Positions 13,001 to 26,606 of a stretch of 64,000 bases of DNA are shown piece by piece (the first letter of the stretch is position 1; the number at the start of each line of letters is the position of its first letter). Below the pieces are notes generated by a model that was given only the letters and a program-made list of their open reading frames with translations, did not search any database and had not been told where the DNA came from. This stretch comes from Antedon mediterranea (lineage: Eukaryota; Animalia; Echinodermata). The stretch covers positions 50,001-114,000 of the forward strand of contig NC_092670.1 in the NCBI RefSeq assembly GCF_964355755.1. Reading direction: 5' to 3'. The position numbers and the translations under genes were made by a program.

Positions 13001-16000
13001 TATATACAGTACATATTATAATATTATACCACTTTTTAATCAACTAATCAAAACTGGATTTATGTGCATCAATATTAAAGTAGAGGGCAATTCCCCCTTT
13101 TCCCCACAGGACGTGCTGACCGTTCGTGGGCAACCCACATTGTTTTTTTTGTACAACATAATTTTTTTATAATGTTGTCTGGCATTATCATCGTACATTT
13201 TAAATGGTTACCAAACTGACAAGCACTCGCTTCTTTTGGTATACTATTAAATATTGTAATGTACAATTTGTGAATAAATGTGTACATGAATTTATTTAAG
13301 CTGCTGATCATATCATTGAACAGGTGAAGTTTAAATTGTTTAGTTTGTTTGTTGCATTGTAGTTTTACAGATTCTTAAGGAAACCCAACAACAGCACGGG
13401 TTGCGTCATGGTGATTACCAACGATACAGGTATGTAGTGTGTACACTTTTTGTATGTTCACATTTTACTGTAGATGTAAGTGTGTATTTACTGTACTAAC
13501 CAACTTTTCATACTTTTTTTTATAGAGGGTACTGTTCAAGACGATTGCGTAGAATGCGAAAATCTCTTAAATTTCTTCAAGGAAAGAGAAATAAGTTCAT
13601 CAAACGTGAAATTACTGAAGAAATAGTTACAGATGTTCGGTAATTTCTTTTTTTTTTCAATATTTGACTCCCAGTAATGAGATTTAAAATAAATCAACAT
13701 AATAATTTTCAATGTTTATGCAGCTGCTACTGTAGAAGCTACGATTTTTGTCCTAAAACAGTAACCAAATGCTACAGAAGACCTAATAACTTTTCTCTAA
13801 ACACATAATATTGATTGTATAAAACAACAGTTAAAACATATATATTTTTGTATGTGTGCCTTAGGTTTCTCTATTTACCACTTATTCATTCGGAACGAGC
13901 ATGGGGACATGCAATGCAACTGAAACAGGAAGCCAACACTGAACCAAGGAAACGATTTCATCTGACTGCTAGGCTATGTAAAGCTGTTAAGTATGCTGAG
14001 GAGCTAGAACTACTGTCACGTAGTGCAAAATGTGATGCCAGATCAAAGCTAGAAGCTCAAGTAAGTAAACAAATTAAACTATTGTTTATAGTGTTATTCT
14101 AAAGTCTACATATCCAAACCTGTATATTAACAACCATAGCAAATGCGTCCCACTATGCAGTACCATTTGTAAATTTATTCTGAATAACACGTAGGTTCTT
14201 GTTTTTTACTGTATGTTTTATTATTTTAAATGCTTGTTTGTAGGCATACCATGCCTGGATGCGAGGGACATTACTTTTTGAAAGAGAAAAATGGCAGGAA
14301 TCAATAGAGGCTTTTACTACAGCTAAGTAAGTTTATTTATATCCTGATCACTTACAGTTACACATCTTCCAGTTTATCTCAAATTTATTGTTAGTATTGT
14401 TTTCAATAGTTGTGAAAGGAAGGTCACCAGTTATGATTAGCCAATTGAGTCATCAAGCCCTAAAATAACAATTCTATCAAGATTGTTACTTTTGTGCATA
14501 CTGCAGTATGTTATAGATAAATTCTAAAAATAAAAGTTTTTACTTAATATTCAGTGTTCTCCCCAGGCCTTTTTAGCATCACTTTACCGTATCGTGATGC
14601 TTGAGCTCAATCCTGAGGAGAACACTGAATATTCATAATTTATTTCTGCAAATTTTTAGGACTATATATGAGAAACTAGCAGAAGCATTAAATGAAGAAC
14701 AACGGGCAATTTATTTGCAACGAGTGGAAGAAATAGCACCAAACATCCGATACTGTGCATACAACATTGGAGATGAGACTGCTATTAATGACCTTATGCA
14801 AATGAGGGTCAAATCTGGAGGTGAAATGTCTTCTAATCTTGATGTAAGTACAGGTCAGGTAGATAGAAATAATCAAAATCAAATGACATTACTTTGAAGG
14901 CAGCAAGATAGTTCACTCACAATGTGAAAAATCTTGTACCAGTGTCAAATATTAAGACCAATTTTATGCTTCATTGAAATGATTTCTTTTGTAGATCCTA
15001 CTTGCTCAAACAAGAGAAAAGCAGGCTGCAACTTTAAGTGAGGTTACTTGGCGAGGCAGGACTGTTCCTGTAAAATCTGAGCAGATTCGAGGATTTTTCT
15101 TAAGCGTACAAGAAACTGACAAAGAAGTTACTGCCGCCCCTGATGTAGAGAGCAAGATCTCTGTGTATGAGAGTCTACTCATGGGATGTAAAGATGCTCT
15201 TCAAATACTTAGGGATGAACTAAAAGCAGATGGAGTAAGTCAATATTATCAATATAGGATGTAAAGTTGGTCTTCAAATACTTAGGGATGAACTAAAAGT
15301 AGATGGAATAAGTCAATATTATCAATATAGGATGTAAAGATGGTCTTCAAATACTTAGGGATGAACTAAAAGTAGATAGAGTAAGTCAATATTATCAATA
15401 TAGGATGTAAAGTTGGTCTTCAAATACTTGGGGATGAACTCAAAGTAGATGGAATAAGTCAATATTATCAATATAGGATGTAAAGTTGGTCTTCAAATAC
15501 TTAGGGATGAACTAAAAGCAGATGGAATAAGTCAATATTATCAATATAGGATGTAAAGATGGTCTTCAAATACTTAGGGATGAACTAAAAGTAGATGGAA
15601 TAAGTCAATATTATCAATATAGGATGTAAAGATGGTCTTCAAATACTTAGGAATGAACTAAAGGTAGATGGAATAAGTCAATATTATCAATATAGGATGT
15701 AAAGATAGTCTTCAAATACTTAGGAATGAACTAAAGGTAGATAGAGTAAATCAATATTATCAATATAGTATGTAAGGATGAACTTCAGTATGTATTTACC
15801 TTGTAACCATTTGTTTTCTATTAGAATGCTAAGCAGCGAACTCAAAGAGCAGAGAGCCAGGTATCAGGAGTACAATACCTCTACACATATGTCACATATA
15901 TACGACTCACAAAAACCATTGAGCGCAACATGCTATTAGCAGAGTCTCTTAAAGAAAACTTGGTTGGCAGTCAAACATTTACAGAGAATCGTAAAGTCAC

Positions 16001-17449
16001 TAAGCCTCAAGACTTGATAAGGATCTATGACATCATCTTGCAGGTAATGTTTATGAACTATCGGTTAGTGTCAGGCTTTCAAAAGTATAACATATTCCTC
16101 ATTCAATCAATGCAAAACATTATGAAACAGTAATTTTTTATTCAATTAATCTGCTTCTTGAATCAAGGGCAGTCAAACAGTTGCCGCTCTTATTTTATAG
16201 ATAGGTTAGTTTTCACGTTAAACCAACCAAAGTATACGTGTAGGTGTGTTGTTATGTATTCTATTATGAACTGTGTTCATTTACAGTTTATAAATTAAGA
16301 TATATAAATATTTTCTTTGTACATTCATTTGTTAGAGTCTTGGTGAGTTACCATTGTTACCAGGTCTAGAAAACGATGAAGATATTCAACGAGAAGTAGA
16401 GGCTAAGACTTTAAAGTCTAAAGCATTTAGGTAAGTGAGTTAGGATAAAACAATTGTCATCACCACCCTTGAAGAAATGAGAAATTTCACTGCCATTTCA
16501 AATTAATACTAGTATCCATTGCAATTAGTCTCATACTTAGCTTACTTAGTGGTCAAGGAGGCCTTTAAGCTGGTTTTTGATAAAAGCATGCACCTAGAAA
16601 CACCTGCTTGAGATTTTAGGCATCCTAATATGAAAAATGGTAACGTGTAATTTATTTCCAGATGTTTCTATCTTGCACGATCATACGCTTCTATAAAGAA
16701 ATGGCGCGAGACATCTGCTCTTTATGAACAAGTGCTGACTTATATAAGTGGTGCTCTAGAGTTGTTTAAGAAAATTAGAACCAAGCCAACAAAGGTGAGA
16801 CAACGTTGTATGGTTTATAATCTGGACTTATTTATCATTCTCAGTTTTCATAGTTGATTTTGAGCATAGATTTGTTTCAATACATTTATTTCAATTTAAT
16901 ATATCTCTTTTAGACTGATTTAAAGGAACTGCAAGAACTACTGAATACTGTTAATGGACTCAAGTATTCTGCACATGCTTCTTCAATTTTAGGTAATTTC
17001 ATAAAATCATATGTTCATTTGTTTTGCCTTCTAATTACACAAATAGTTAGTCAGTAGCCACACAACAAAAGGTATTAAAGAGGTTCAATAGTCATTCCAA
17101 TATCATATTTTATTGGTTCATTTTTTGTTCAATCAATCATTCATTTTTGTGTCTATTTCTAGATACTGAGGCACCAATAGCTGGTATAACAAACCTAGAA
17201 ATCTCAGACAATCGCCCATTGATAGAGCGATTAGAAAAGTACCAAGAAGTTGAAAGTGTATCCTCAAAAAAGCCAAACCTGGTCACATTTCCACCGGATT
17301 TTAAACCCACTCCGCAAAAGCCTGTCTTCTTTGACATTGCTCTTAACCATGTTGATTTCCCATCTCTGGAAGAAATGCAAGAACAAAAGAAGGCAGGCGC
17401 TAGCATTGGAGGATTTTTAAGAGGATGGTGGGGAGGTGGAAAGAAATAG
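10048..17449 (+). CDS. SRP68: Signal recognition particle subunit SRP68 (spliced, 12 coding exons)
   Basis: Exons: 10048-10111, 13363-13429, 13526-13639, 13865-14060, 14244-14326, 14660-14843, 14995-15234, 15825-16043, 16336-16430, 16662-16794, 16914-16992, 17163-17449, all GT-AG. Motifs [67 protein letters not shown]..GWWG. Confidence 0.96.
10502..11478. mobile_element. Non-autonomous Mutator-like element in SRP68 intron 1
   Basis: Long (~240 bp) TIRs GGTCAGTCTAATTACC.../...GGTAATTAGACTGACC with internal AAACAACCG repeats. 9-bp TSD AATAAATCA (10493-10501, 11479-11487). Confidence 0.88.
11510..12972. mobile_element. Non-autonomous Mutator-like element in SRP68 intron 1
   Basis: TIRs CGCCGTG..GTGGTTAGGATTCCGGCACCGGAACTCAACTG / CAGTTGAGTTCCGGTGCCGGAATCCTAACCACGGCG. 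9-bp TSD TATAATATT (11501-11509, 12973-12981). Confidence 0.88.
14552..14627. mobile_element. Tiny TIR element or MITE remnant in an SRP68 intron
   Basis: CAGTGTTCTCC...GGAGAACACTG inverted ends, flanked on both sides by AATATT. Confidence 0.5.
15184..15785 (+). repeat. 73-bp tandem array (~8 copies) made of the SRP68 exon-7 3' end plus its splice donor
   Basis: First unit GGATGTAAAGATGCTCTTCAAATACTTAGGGATGAACTAAAAGCAGATGGA|GTAAGTCAATATTATCAATATA overlaps the coding exon. Later units are intronic. Confidence 0.93.
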
Positions 17450-19359
17450 ATTTAAAACTGGACGAATGAGCTAGCATTGGAGGATTTAATAGGGAATGTA
17501 GAACCATTTTAACACGTTTTAACATTCAAGTATCCTCCAATCATCAGTTTATTATTTTTTTTGCATGCATTTCTCTGCCCTGTTGATGTGTAACGTCGAC
17601 GAGTTTAAATTTTGTGAAATTTTTTTTTCATGTCAACAAAAGATTACTTTTCATCATGAATTTTTAAAATGTTAAGTTGACCAAATTAATGAAAACTTGT
17701 TTGATGTAAGAAATAGGCCATGCCCCCTAGGAAATAGACCACACCTCCTTCTTGACAAACTTCTAGTTTTCTGAGGCTTATTAATTACTCTGCAAATCAA
17801 TTCACAGTTTTTGTAGGGAAGTCATGTAATCATTGAGTCGCGGCAAACTCGAAAGGTTTGGTAGAGTTAGCAGTATATCAAATTATTACATTTTACTGTT
17901 GGATTTCCTGTTTGTGCATTGATAATGTATTGTTATATACATCAAAGAAATTATACAAACAAATGATGAAGAAAAATTAAAAGAAGGCAAGACAAAGATG
18001 ACCTTTCTCTCTTGTATGTTTAGCGCCCTCAATTTAAAAAAAACAGTGTTTTATAAAAGGAAATTAGGACAAAATATAGAACATTAATTGTAAAGATGTT
18101 GATGCCTAGCCTGTTGTATTAGTCCAATCAAAGATTGTATAGTATGCTGCCTTTGGTCCAACTATGAAGTTGGACTAATCCGCCGCTGCCAGGCTAGGGG
18201 TGGAGTTGTAGAGACAAATGCACATCTCGATAGTTTAAAGCTCAGGTGCAGGCATGAATTTTAAATACAATATCTGGTTAATTGTACATAAATCAAATAT
18301 TAGTAACAGAAATCAAGACAAAAAAACATGAATTTCCCTTAATATGGTCAAATACAAAATTCTGCCATAAAAACCAGGAAGACTTTTTTTCAGTAGTTAG
18401 GTGGTTTAACCTAATGTAATAGCATGTCTGGTGACTCCCTAGAAGGTGAAAAAAGATGGTGGATATACGGTGGATAATTTTTGCTATAGCATGAAAATAA
18501 AAATCTGAAGTTGATTAAAAATACCAGAAATGTAAAATTCAAGTTAGATTACCTATATTTAGTCATCTGATAACATTTTTTACCATGCCGTTTATTTTTC
18601 ATAGCTTTTCAAAATGCCTCTCTATTTACAAAATTTGTGTACAAAAGAATAGAGATTTTACTGTGTAATTTGAACTATCCCCCCACTGATAAGTGCTTAT
18701 TTTCAACAAGTTCGTGTAACATAAATAAAATCACAAAAATTATGAAACATAGGGGAAACTATAGATCGATAATTATTGGAATGTATGATCAATACAAATT
18801 TTTTGCCCGCACCTGGCCTTTAAATTTTAACATAGGTGATTCATTATTGTAATTGTTTTATGATGTGTACACATATTAAAATCAGTAATTAATATGCTTT
18901 TTTTGTGTGGCCGCTGTTTGTATTTATAATTTGCTACTGTTTGATGTAATGTCATGGGTCGCATGGCATGCATTATGCCTCGCTGATTCGCACTTTGCCA
19001 ACACGCCATCCGGGAGCTATATTTCCTATACCATCCTGGCTAGTTGAGAATTCTCAACTATTTTATGTTTTTTTCTACCTTTCTGGAAAATGATATAATC
19101 CAAATTGTATTAATACTACCAGTAGTAAACATTTAGAAACACTTGCATACCTTCACTCATTTTAGTTGCTTGTAGTTTAAGACAATCTTAGTGATATTTA
19201 AATGAAAACAATACGATAAAAACTATTGTGTCTGTATTTTACAAGACTATGACTTCCGTATAACGTGCATTGTGGGTACTTCAATTTTTATAGAAAAGCT
19301 AGGGAATCCTAATTTAGTAGGCAGCATATGGGGGCGGGGCAACCAAACTTGCTTATCAA

Positions 19360-22300
19360 AGCACAGTAAAGCAAAGGATAAAATTAATGTACGATCCAGT
19401 TTAGCACTGTTCTCAACTATAGTCATTTTGGTATACTTGAGCACAGTGATAAGAATAGGATAAACTTAACAATATACAACAAATAACATTAATGTACGAT
19501 CCAGTTTACCACTGTTCTCGACTATAGTCATTTTGGTATACTTGAGCACAGTGATAAAGAATATGATAAACTTAACAATATACAACAAATAACATTCATG
19601 TACGATCCAGTTTACCACTGTTCTCAACTATAGTCATTTTAGTATACTTGAGCACAGTGATAAAGAATAGGATAAACTTAACAATATACAACAAATAGCA
19701 TTAATGTACGTACGATCCAGTTTAACACTGTTCTCAACTATAGACATGTTAGTATACTTGAGCACAGTGATAAAGAATAGGATAAACTTAACAATATACA
19801 ACAAAAAACATTAATGTACGATCCAGTTTAACACTGTTCTCAACTATAGTCATTTTGGTATACTTGAGAACAGTGATAAAGAATAGGATAAACTTAACAA
19901 TATACAACAAATAACATTAATGTATGATCCCGTTTAACACTGTTCTCGACTATAGTCATTTTGGTATACTTGAGCACAGTGATAAAGAATAGGATAAACT
20001 TAACAATATACAACAAATAACATTAATGTATGCTCCCGTTTAACACTGTTCTCGACTATAGTCATTTTGGTATACTTGAGCACAGTGATAAAGAATAGGA
20101 TAAACTTAATAATATACAACAAATAACATTAATGTACGATCCCGTTTAACACTGTTCTCAACTATAGTCATTTTGGTATACTTGAGCACAGTGATAAAGA
20201 ATAGGATGAACTTAACAATATACAACAAAAAACATTAATGTATGATCCCGTTTAACACTGCTCTCGACTATAGTCATTTTGGTATACTTGAGAACAGTGA
20301 TAAAGAATAGGATAAACTTAACAATATACAACAAATAACATTAATATATGATCCCGTTTAACACTGTTCTCGACTATAGTCATTTTGGTATACTTGAGCA
20401 CAGTGATAAAGAATAGGATAAACTTAATAATATACAACAAATAACATTAATGTACGATCCAGTTTAACACTGTTCTCGACTAAAGTCATTTTGGTATACT
20501 TGAGCACAGTGATAAAAAATAGGATAAACTTAACAATATAAAACAAATAGCATTAATGTATGATCCCGTTTAACACTGTTCTCAACTATAGTCATTTTGG
20601 TATACTTGAGCACAGTGATAAAGAATAGGATAAACTTAATAATATACAACAAATAACATTAATGTACGATCCAGTTTAACACTGTTCTCGACTATAGTCA
20701 TTTTGGTATACTTGAGCACAGTGATAAAGAATAGGATAAACTTAACAATATACAACAAATAACATTCATGTACGATCCAGTTTACCACTGTTCTCAACTA
20801 TAGTCATTTTAGTATACTTGAGCACAGTGATAAAGAATAGGATAAACTTAACAATATACAACAAATAGCATTAATGTACGATCCAGTTTAACACTGTTCT
20901 CAACTATAGACATGTTAGTATACTTGAGCACAGTGATAAAGAATAGGATAAACTTAACAATATACAACAAAAAACATTAATGTACGATCCAGTTTAACAC
21001 TGTTCTCAACTATAGACATGTTAGTATACTTGAGCACAGTGATAAAGAATAGGATAAACTTAACAATATACAACAAAAAACATTAATGTACGATCCAGTT
21101 TAACACTGTTCTCAACTATAGTCATTTTGGTATACTTGAGAACAGTGATAAAGAATAGGATAAACTTAACAATATACAACAAATAACATTAATGTATGAT
21201 CCCGTTTAACACTGTTCTCGACTATAGTCATTTTGGTATACTTGAGCACAGTGATAAAGAATAGGATAAACTTAACAATATACAACAAATAACATTAATG
21301 TATGCTCCCGTTTAACACTGTTCTCGACTATAGTCATTTTGGTATACTTGAGCACAGTGATAAAGAATAGGATAAACTTAATAATATACAACAAATAACA
21401 TTAATGTACGATCCCGTTTAACACTGTTCTCAACTATAGTCATTTTGGTATACTTGAGCACAGTGATAAAGAATAGGATAAACTTAACAATATACAACAA
21501 ATAGAATTAATGTACGATCCCGTTTAACACTGTTCTCAACTATAGTCATTTTGGTATACTTGAGCACAGTGATAAAGAATAGGATAAACTTAACAATATA
21601 CAACAAATAACATTAATGTATGATCCCGTTTAACACTGCTCTCGACTATAGTCATTTTGGTATACTTGAGCACAGTGATAAAGAATAGGATAAACTTAAC
21701 AATATACAACAAATAACATTAATATATGATCCCGTTTAACACTGTTCTCGACTATAGTCATTTTGGTATACTTGAGCACAGTGATAAAGAATAGGATAAA
21801 CTTAATATTATACAACAAATAACATTAATGTACGATCCAGTTTAACACTGTTCTCGACTAAAGTCATTTTGGTATACTTGAGCACAGTGATAAAGAATAG
21901 GATAAACTTAACAATATAAAACAAATAGCATTAATGTACGATCCCGTTTAACACTGTTCTCAACTATAGTCATTTTGGTATACTTGAGCACAGTGATAAA
22001 GAATAGGATAAACTTAATAATATACAACAAATAACATTAATGTACGATCCAGTTTAACACTGTTCTCGACTATAGTCATTTTGGTATACTTGAGCACAGT
22101 GATAAAGAATAGGATAAACTTAACAATATACAACAAATAACATTCATGTACGATCCCGTTTAACACTGTTCTCGACTATAGTCATTTTGGTATACTTGAG
22201 CACAGTGATAAAGAATAGGATAAACTTAACAATATACAACAAATAGCATTAATGTACGATCCAGTTTAACACTGTTCTCAACTATAGACATGTTAGTATA

Positions 22301-23270
22301 CTTGAGCACAGTGATAAAGAATAGGATAAACTTAACAATATACAACAAAAAACATTAATGTACGATCCAGTTTAACACTGTTCTCAACTATAGTCATTTT
22401 GGTATACTTGAGAACAGTGATAAAGAATAGGATAAACTTAACAATATACAACAAATAACGTTAATGTATGATCCCGTTTAACACTGTTCTCGACTATAGT
22501 CATTTTGGTATACTTGAGCACAGTGATAAAGAATAGGATAAACTTAACAATATACAACAAATAACATTAATGTATGCTCCCGTTTAACACTGTTCTCGAC
22601 TATAGTCATTTTGGTATACTTCAGCACAGTGATAAAGAATAGGATAAACTTAATAATATACAACAAATAACATTAATGTACGATCCCGTTTAACACTGTT
22701 CTCAACTATAGTCATTTTGGTATACTTGAGCACAGTGATAAAGAATAGGATAAACTTAACAATATACAACAAATAGCATTAATGTACGATCCCGTTTAAC
22801 ACTGTTCTCAACTATAGTCATTTTGGTATACTTGAGCACAGTGATAAAGAATAGGATAAACTTAACAATATACAACAAATAACATTAATGTATGATCCCG
22901 TTTAACACTGCTCTCGACTATAGTCATTTTGGTATACTTGAGCACAGTGATAAAGAATAGGATAAACTTAACAATATACAACAAATAACATTAATATATG
23001 ATCCCGTTTAACACTGTTCTCGACTATAGTCATTTTGGTATACTTGAGCACAGTGATAAAGAATAGGATAAACTTAATAATATACAACAAAGAACATTAA
23101 TGTATGATCCAGTTTAACCCTGTTCTAAACTATAGTCATTTTGGTAAAGAATAGGATATACTTCGAATAAACAGCAAATAACATTAATGTACGATGCCGT
23201 TTAATACTGTTTTAAACTATAGTCATTTGAGTATAATTAATCACAGATAAAGAATAAGATCAACTTTAAT
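19360..23270 (+). repeat. 106-bp tandem array, left arm (~37 copies)
   Basis: Unit GAGCACAGTGATAAAGAATAGGATAAACTTAACAATATACAACAAATAACATTAATGTACGATCCAGTTTAACACTGTTCTCAACTATAGTCATTTTGGTATACTT. Confidence 0.97.
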
Positions 23271-23377
23271 ACTATTTATTAAATAAAAAAAACTAATTCT
23301 ATATTAACACATATTATTTACATATACTTTCACTGCTGATTTCTAGTATAAACAGGCCATAGGCCTATACATGGCTG

Positions 23378-23465
23378 CAGTCGCGTGCTCAAATTTGAGT
23401 TGGTGTTTACCGACCGACCGACCGACATAGTGAGCTGTAGAGTCGCGTTTGCACGCTACTAAAAA
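23378..23465 (-). mobile_element. Terminal remnant of a DINE-1/HINE (Helentron-derived)-like element
   Basis: (ACCG)n microsatellite followed by CATAGTGAGCTGTAGAGTCGCGTTTGCACGCTACTAAAAA (imperfect hairpin plus A/T run), the layout typical of such termini. Confidence 0.5.
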
Positions 23466-24223
23466 GTTCACAAAAACCGTAGGACGGTCACAGGGGAGTT
23501 TGTTCGAAACTCCAACCCCTCCCCTGGCTATGCGTTTAGATTTTTCATGCCTCCTTTACAAACCAAGATTATTAGAATACTATTAGGAGGATCAAACACA
23601 ATTCTTGTTGCCAGATTTCATTGACATTACAGGTATGAAGTCTATCAATATACAGTACCGCTTAATACAATACTTGTTGAGGCCATATCCATCTATACAT
23701 TTTAGTGTTATTCCACTTTAAAAAAGTCGATTTATACCAATACTCATCAACATACGATATAACGATAGAATTTATTGCAACTTGTCCATATCGTATTCAT
23801 CTACAAATAAAGTGTCTATTACCGTACTTTTAAAAATCTATTTATATCAATACCTATCAACGTATGTACGTATGCATATTATATATACAAAAATATATAC
23901 ATCAACATAAATGTCATATAATCTACAGTCATTAGTGTTATTTCACTTTTAATATTAGTAAATCCAAAGGCAAAATACTGAAATAATAACAATGCTGTGG
24001 TCTCAATGGAGATACAAAAAAAGAAGCGAAAAGCTAAATCAAAACGATAAAGTAAAACAGCCAGAAAAGTTAGCAGAGTTTTCGGGCAACACTAGCCCTT
24101 CATCAGTGCAAGTGAGTGTACTTGTACAAGATATTGTTATTTAACGTTTAGTCGATTTATATCAATACACTCATCAACATATGTACGTGCAATTCACGTC
24201 ATATTCATATATCATCAATAGTG

Positions 24224-26118
24224 CGTATCCGGATATTCACCCCCTGGACATTTACCCCCCGGAAAACTACCCCCCGAACAACCACCACCTGGACCACTAC
24301 CCCCTTAGGACAACTACCCCTTTAGGACAACTACCCCCCGGACAAATACCCCCCGGACAACTACCCCCTTAGGACAACTACCCCCTTAGGACAACTACCC
24401 CCTGGACAACTACCCCCCGGACAATTACCCCCTAGGAACAATTACCCCCCGGACATTTACCCCCCGGACATTTACCCCCCGGACAATTACCCCCCCCCCC
24501 CCCGGTAATTACCCCGCGGACAACTACCTCTGACACAATACTCCAATACTCCCCGTAGGACAACTACCTCCTGGACCTGGACAATACTCCGAGGGAAAAT
24601 AATCTTTTAGGACAACTACCTCCGTAGGACAACTAACCCCTGGACAACTACCACCCAGAAAACTATCCCTTTAGAACAACTACACCCCGGACGGACAACT
24701 ACCACCCAGACCATTCAACAACCTGACGCTGCAACAGCGTATATAGGAATTAATAACTATATTTTAATTCGTTACTTTGACGAATTACTATTCATTATTG
24801 TAAACAAAAGTAAAAGATTGAACATAAATATAGCCTGGTATAAACTGAGGATTGTCACACATGATCATAGGATAGTCGAACGTATTATATAGTACTCCCT
24901 GTATTTACTGTAAAGACTGGGTTCGCTAATAATAATAATAATTTTTGCGTCAGGACAATGCTTCGATAACCACTGGTCTTAAAAGAATTAATTTTTGTCT
25001 CAAATTTGTCATTTGTATTTTTGTACACTTGAAGAATAATATCACTTTTGATATTTGACCTCAATGTTCACTCACCGAATAAACGGCGATCTTTAAATAA
25101 ATTCCCTCAAATAAACGGTGACCATGTCACTCCCATGACACATCATATGGAATAATCGGCGTCTATTTCCATTAGATTATACCCCCTCCCATTGAATAAA
25201 CAACTTTCTTCCAATAAATGTCCACCTAAAAACCACCTACAATAAACAGCCCAGGCCGTTTTTTCAATAAATACTGTACTTTAAATCTAGCACATCTAGG
25301 GTCTAGCGTGCTGTTAAACAGAATAATCGGTTAAAAACGGGTGTTTCGAAACTAGAGACCCGAGACCAGAGACCAGAGACCCGAGACCCAATACAAAAAG
25401 GGAGACCTAAATATACGAAAAGGGAGACCTAAATATACGAAAAGGGAGACCCACGTACGAAAAGGGAGACCCCACTATACGAAAAGGGAGACCCCACTAT
25501 ACGAAAAGGGAGACCCTAATATACGAAAAGGGAGACCTAAATATACGAAAAGGGAGACCAAATATACGAAAAGGGAGACCCAAATATACGAAATGGGAGA
25601 CCCAAATATACGAAAAGGGAGACCCACTATAAGAAAAGGGAGACCTCACTATACGAAAAGAGAGACCACACTATACGAAAAGGGAGACCCTAATATACGA
25701 AAAGGGAGACCCAAATATAGGTCTCCCTTTTCGTATTGGGTCTCGTGTCAGGTCTCTGGTCTCGGGTCTCTAGTTTCGAAACACCCGTTAAAAACAGATG
25801 ATTTCATTTTTACAGAAACCGGTCCTATATATTTGTCTACTTTTAGATTGGGGGTTGGGGGGGGGGCTAGTTGACCGGGGGGTAGTTGACCGGGGGGTAG
25901 TTGACCGGGGGGTAGTTGTCCTAAGGGGGTAGTTGTCCTAAGGGGGTGGTTGTCCGGGGGGTAGTTGTCCGGGGGGTTGTTATCCTAAGGGGGTAGTTGT
26001 CCTAAAGGGGTAGTTGTCCGGGGGGTAGTTGTCCGGGGGGTAGTTGTCCTAAGGGGGTAGTTGTCCGGGTGGTAAACATCCGGGGGGTAACTGTCTAGGG
26101 GGTAGGTGTCCTAGAACC
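24224..26118. mobile_element. Non-autonomous TIR element with C-rich and G-rich subterminal repeats
   Basis: Left arm (GGACAACTACCCCCC)n, right arm (GGGGGGTAGTTGTCC)n. CAATAGTG is directly repeated at 24216-24223 and 26119-26126. Confidence 0.85.
25339..25786. mobile_element. Mutator-like MITE nested in the 24224-26118 element
   Basis: TIR GGGTGTTTCGAAACTAGAGACCCGAGACCAGAGACC and its reverse complement. Internal TACGAAAAGGGAGACC repeats. 9-bp TSD GTTAAAAAC (25330-25338, 25787-25795). Confidence 0.9.
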
Positions 26119-26606
26119 CAATAGTGTACACTAATAGTGTTATTTCACTTTTAAAAGTCGATTTATATCAATATACTCATCAATAAATGTACTTGTCCAC
26201 GTCATATTCATCTACAATCAATAGTGTTATTTCACTTTTAAAAGTCGATTTATATCAATATACTCATCAACATTATGTACCGTACGTGTCCACGTCATAT
26301 TCATCTACAAATATTAGTGTTATTTCACTTTTAAAAGTCGATTTATATCAATATACTCATCAACATGTAAATCGTGTCCAAGTCATATTCATCTACAAAT
26401 ATTAGTGTTAATTTGACTTTTAAAAGTCGATTTATTTCAATATACTAATCAATATATGTAAATCGTGTCCAAGTCATATTCATCTACAAATATTAGTGTT
26501 AATTTGACTTTTAAAAGTCGATTTATATCAATATACTAATCAATATATGTACGTGTCCACGTCATATTCATCTACAAATATTTTAGTGTTATTATGTTTT
26601 TCATAT

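Larger units (their letters stand above)
23680..26592 (+). repeat. Degenerate ~90-bp tandem repeat interrupted by a nested transposon
   Basis: Unit ~TAGTGTTATTTCACTTTTAAAAGTCGATTTATATCAATATACTCATCAACATATGTACGTGTCCACGTCATATTCATCTACAAATAT, seen at 23680-24223 and 26119-26592. Confidence 0.8.

Noticed and set aside
24885-25280. Possible Tc1/mariner-like MITE ending ...AATAAATACTGTA
   Set aside because: A matching left TIR could not be identified convincingly.
24181-25874. Pro/Gly-rich and IRKGRP-repeat ORFs
   Set aside because: Translations of transposon subterminal repeats.
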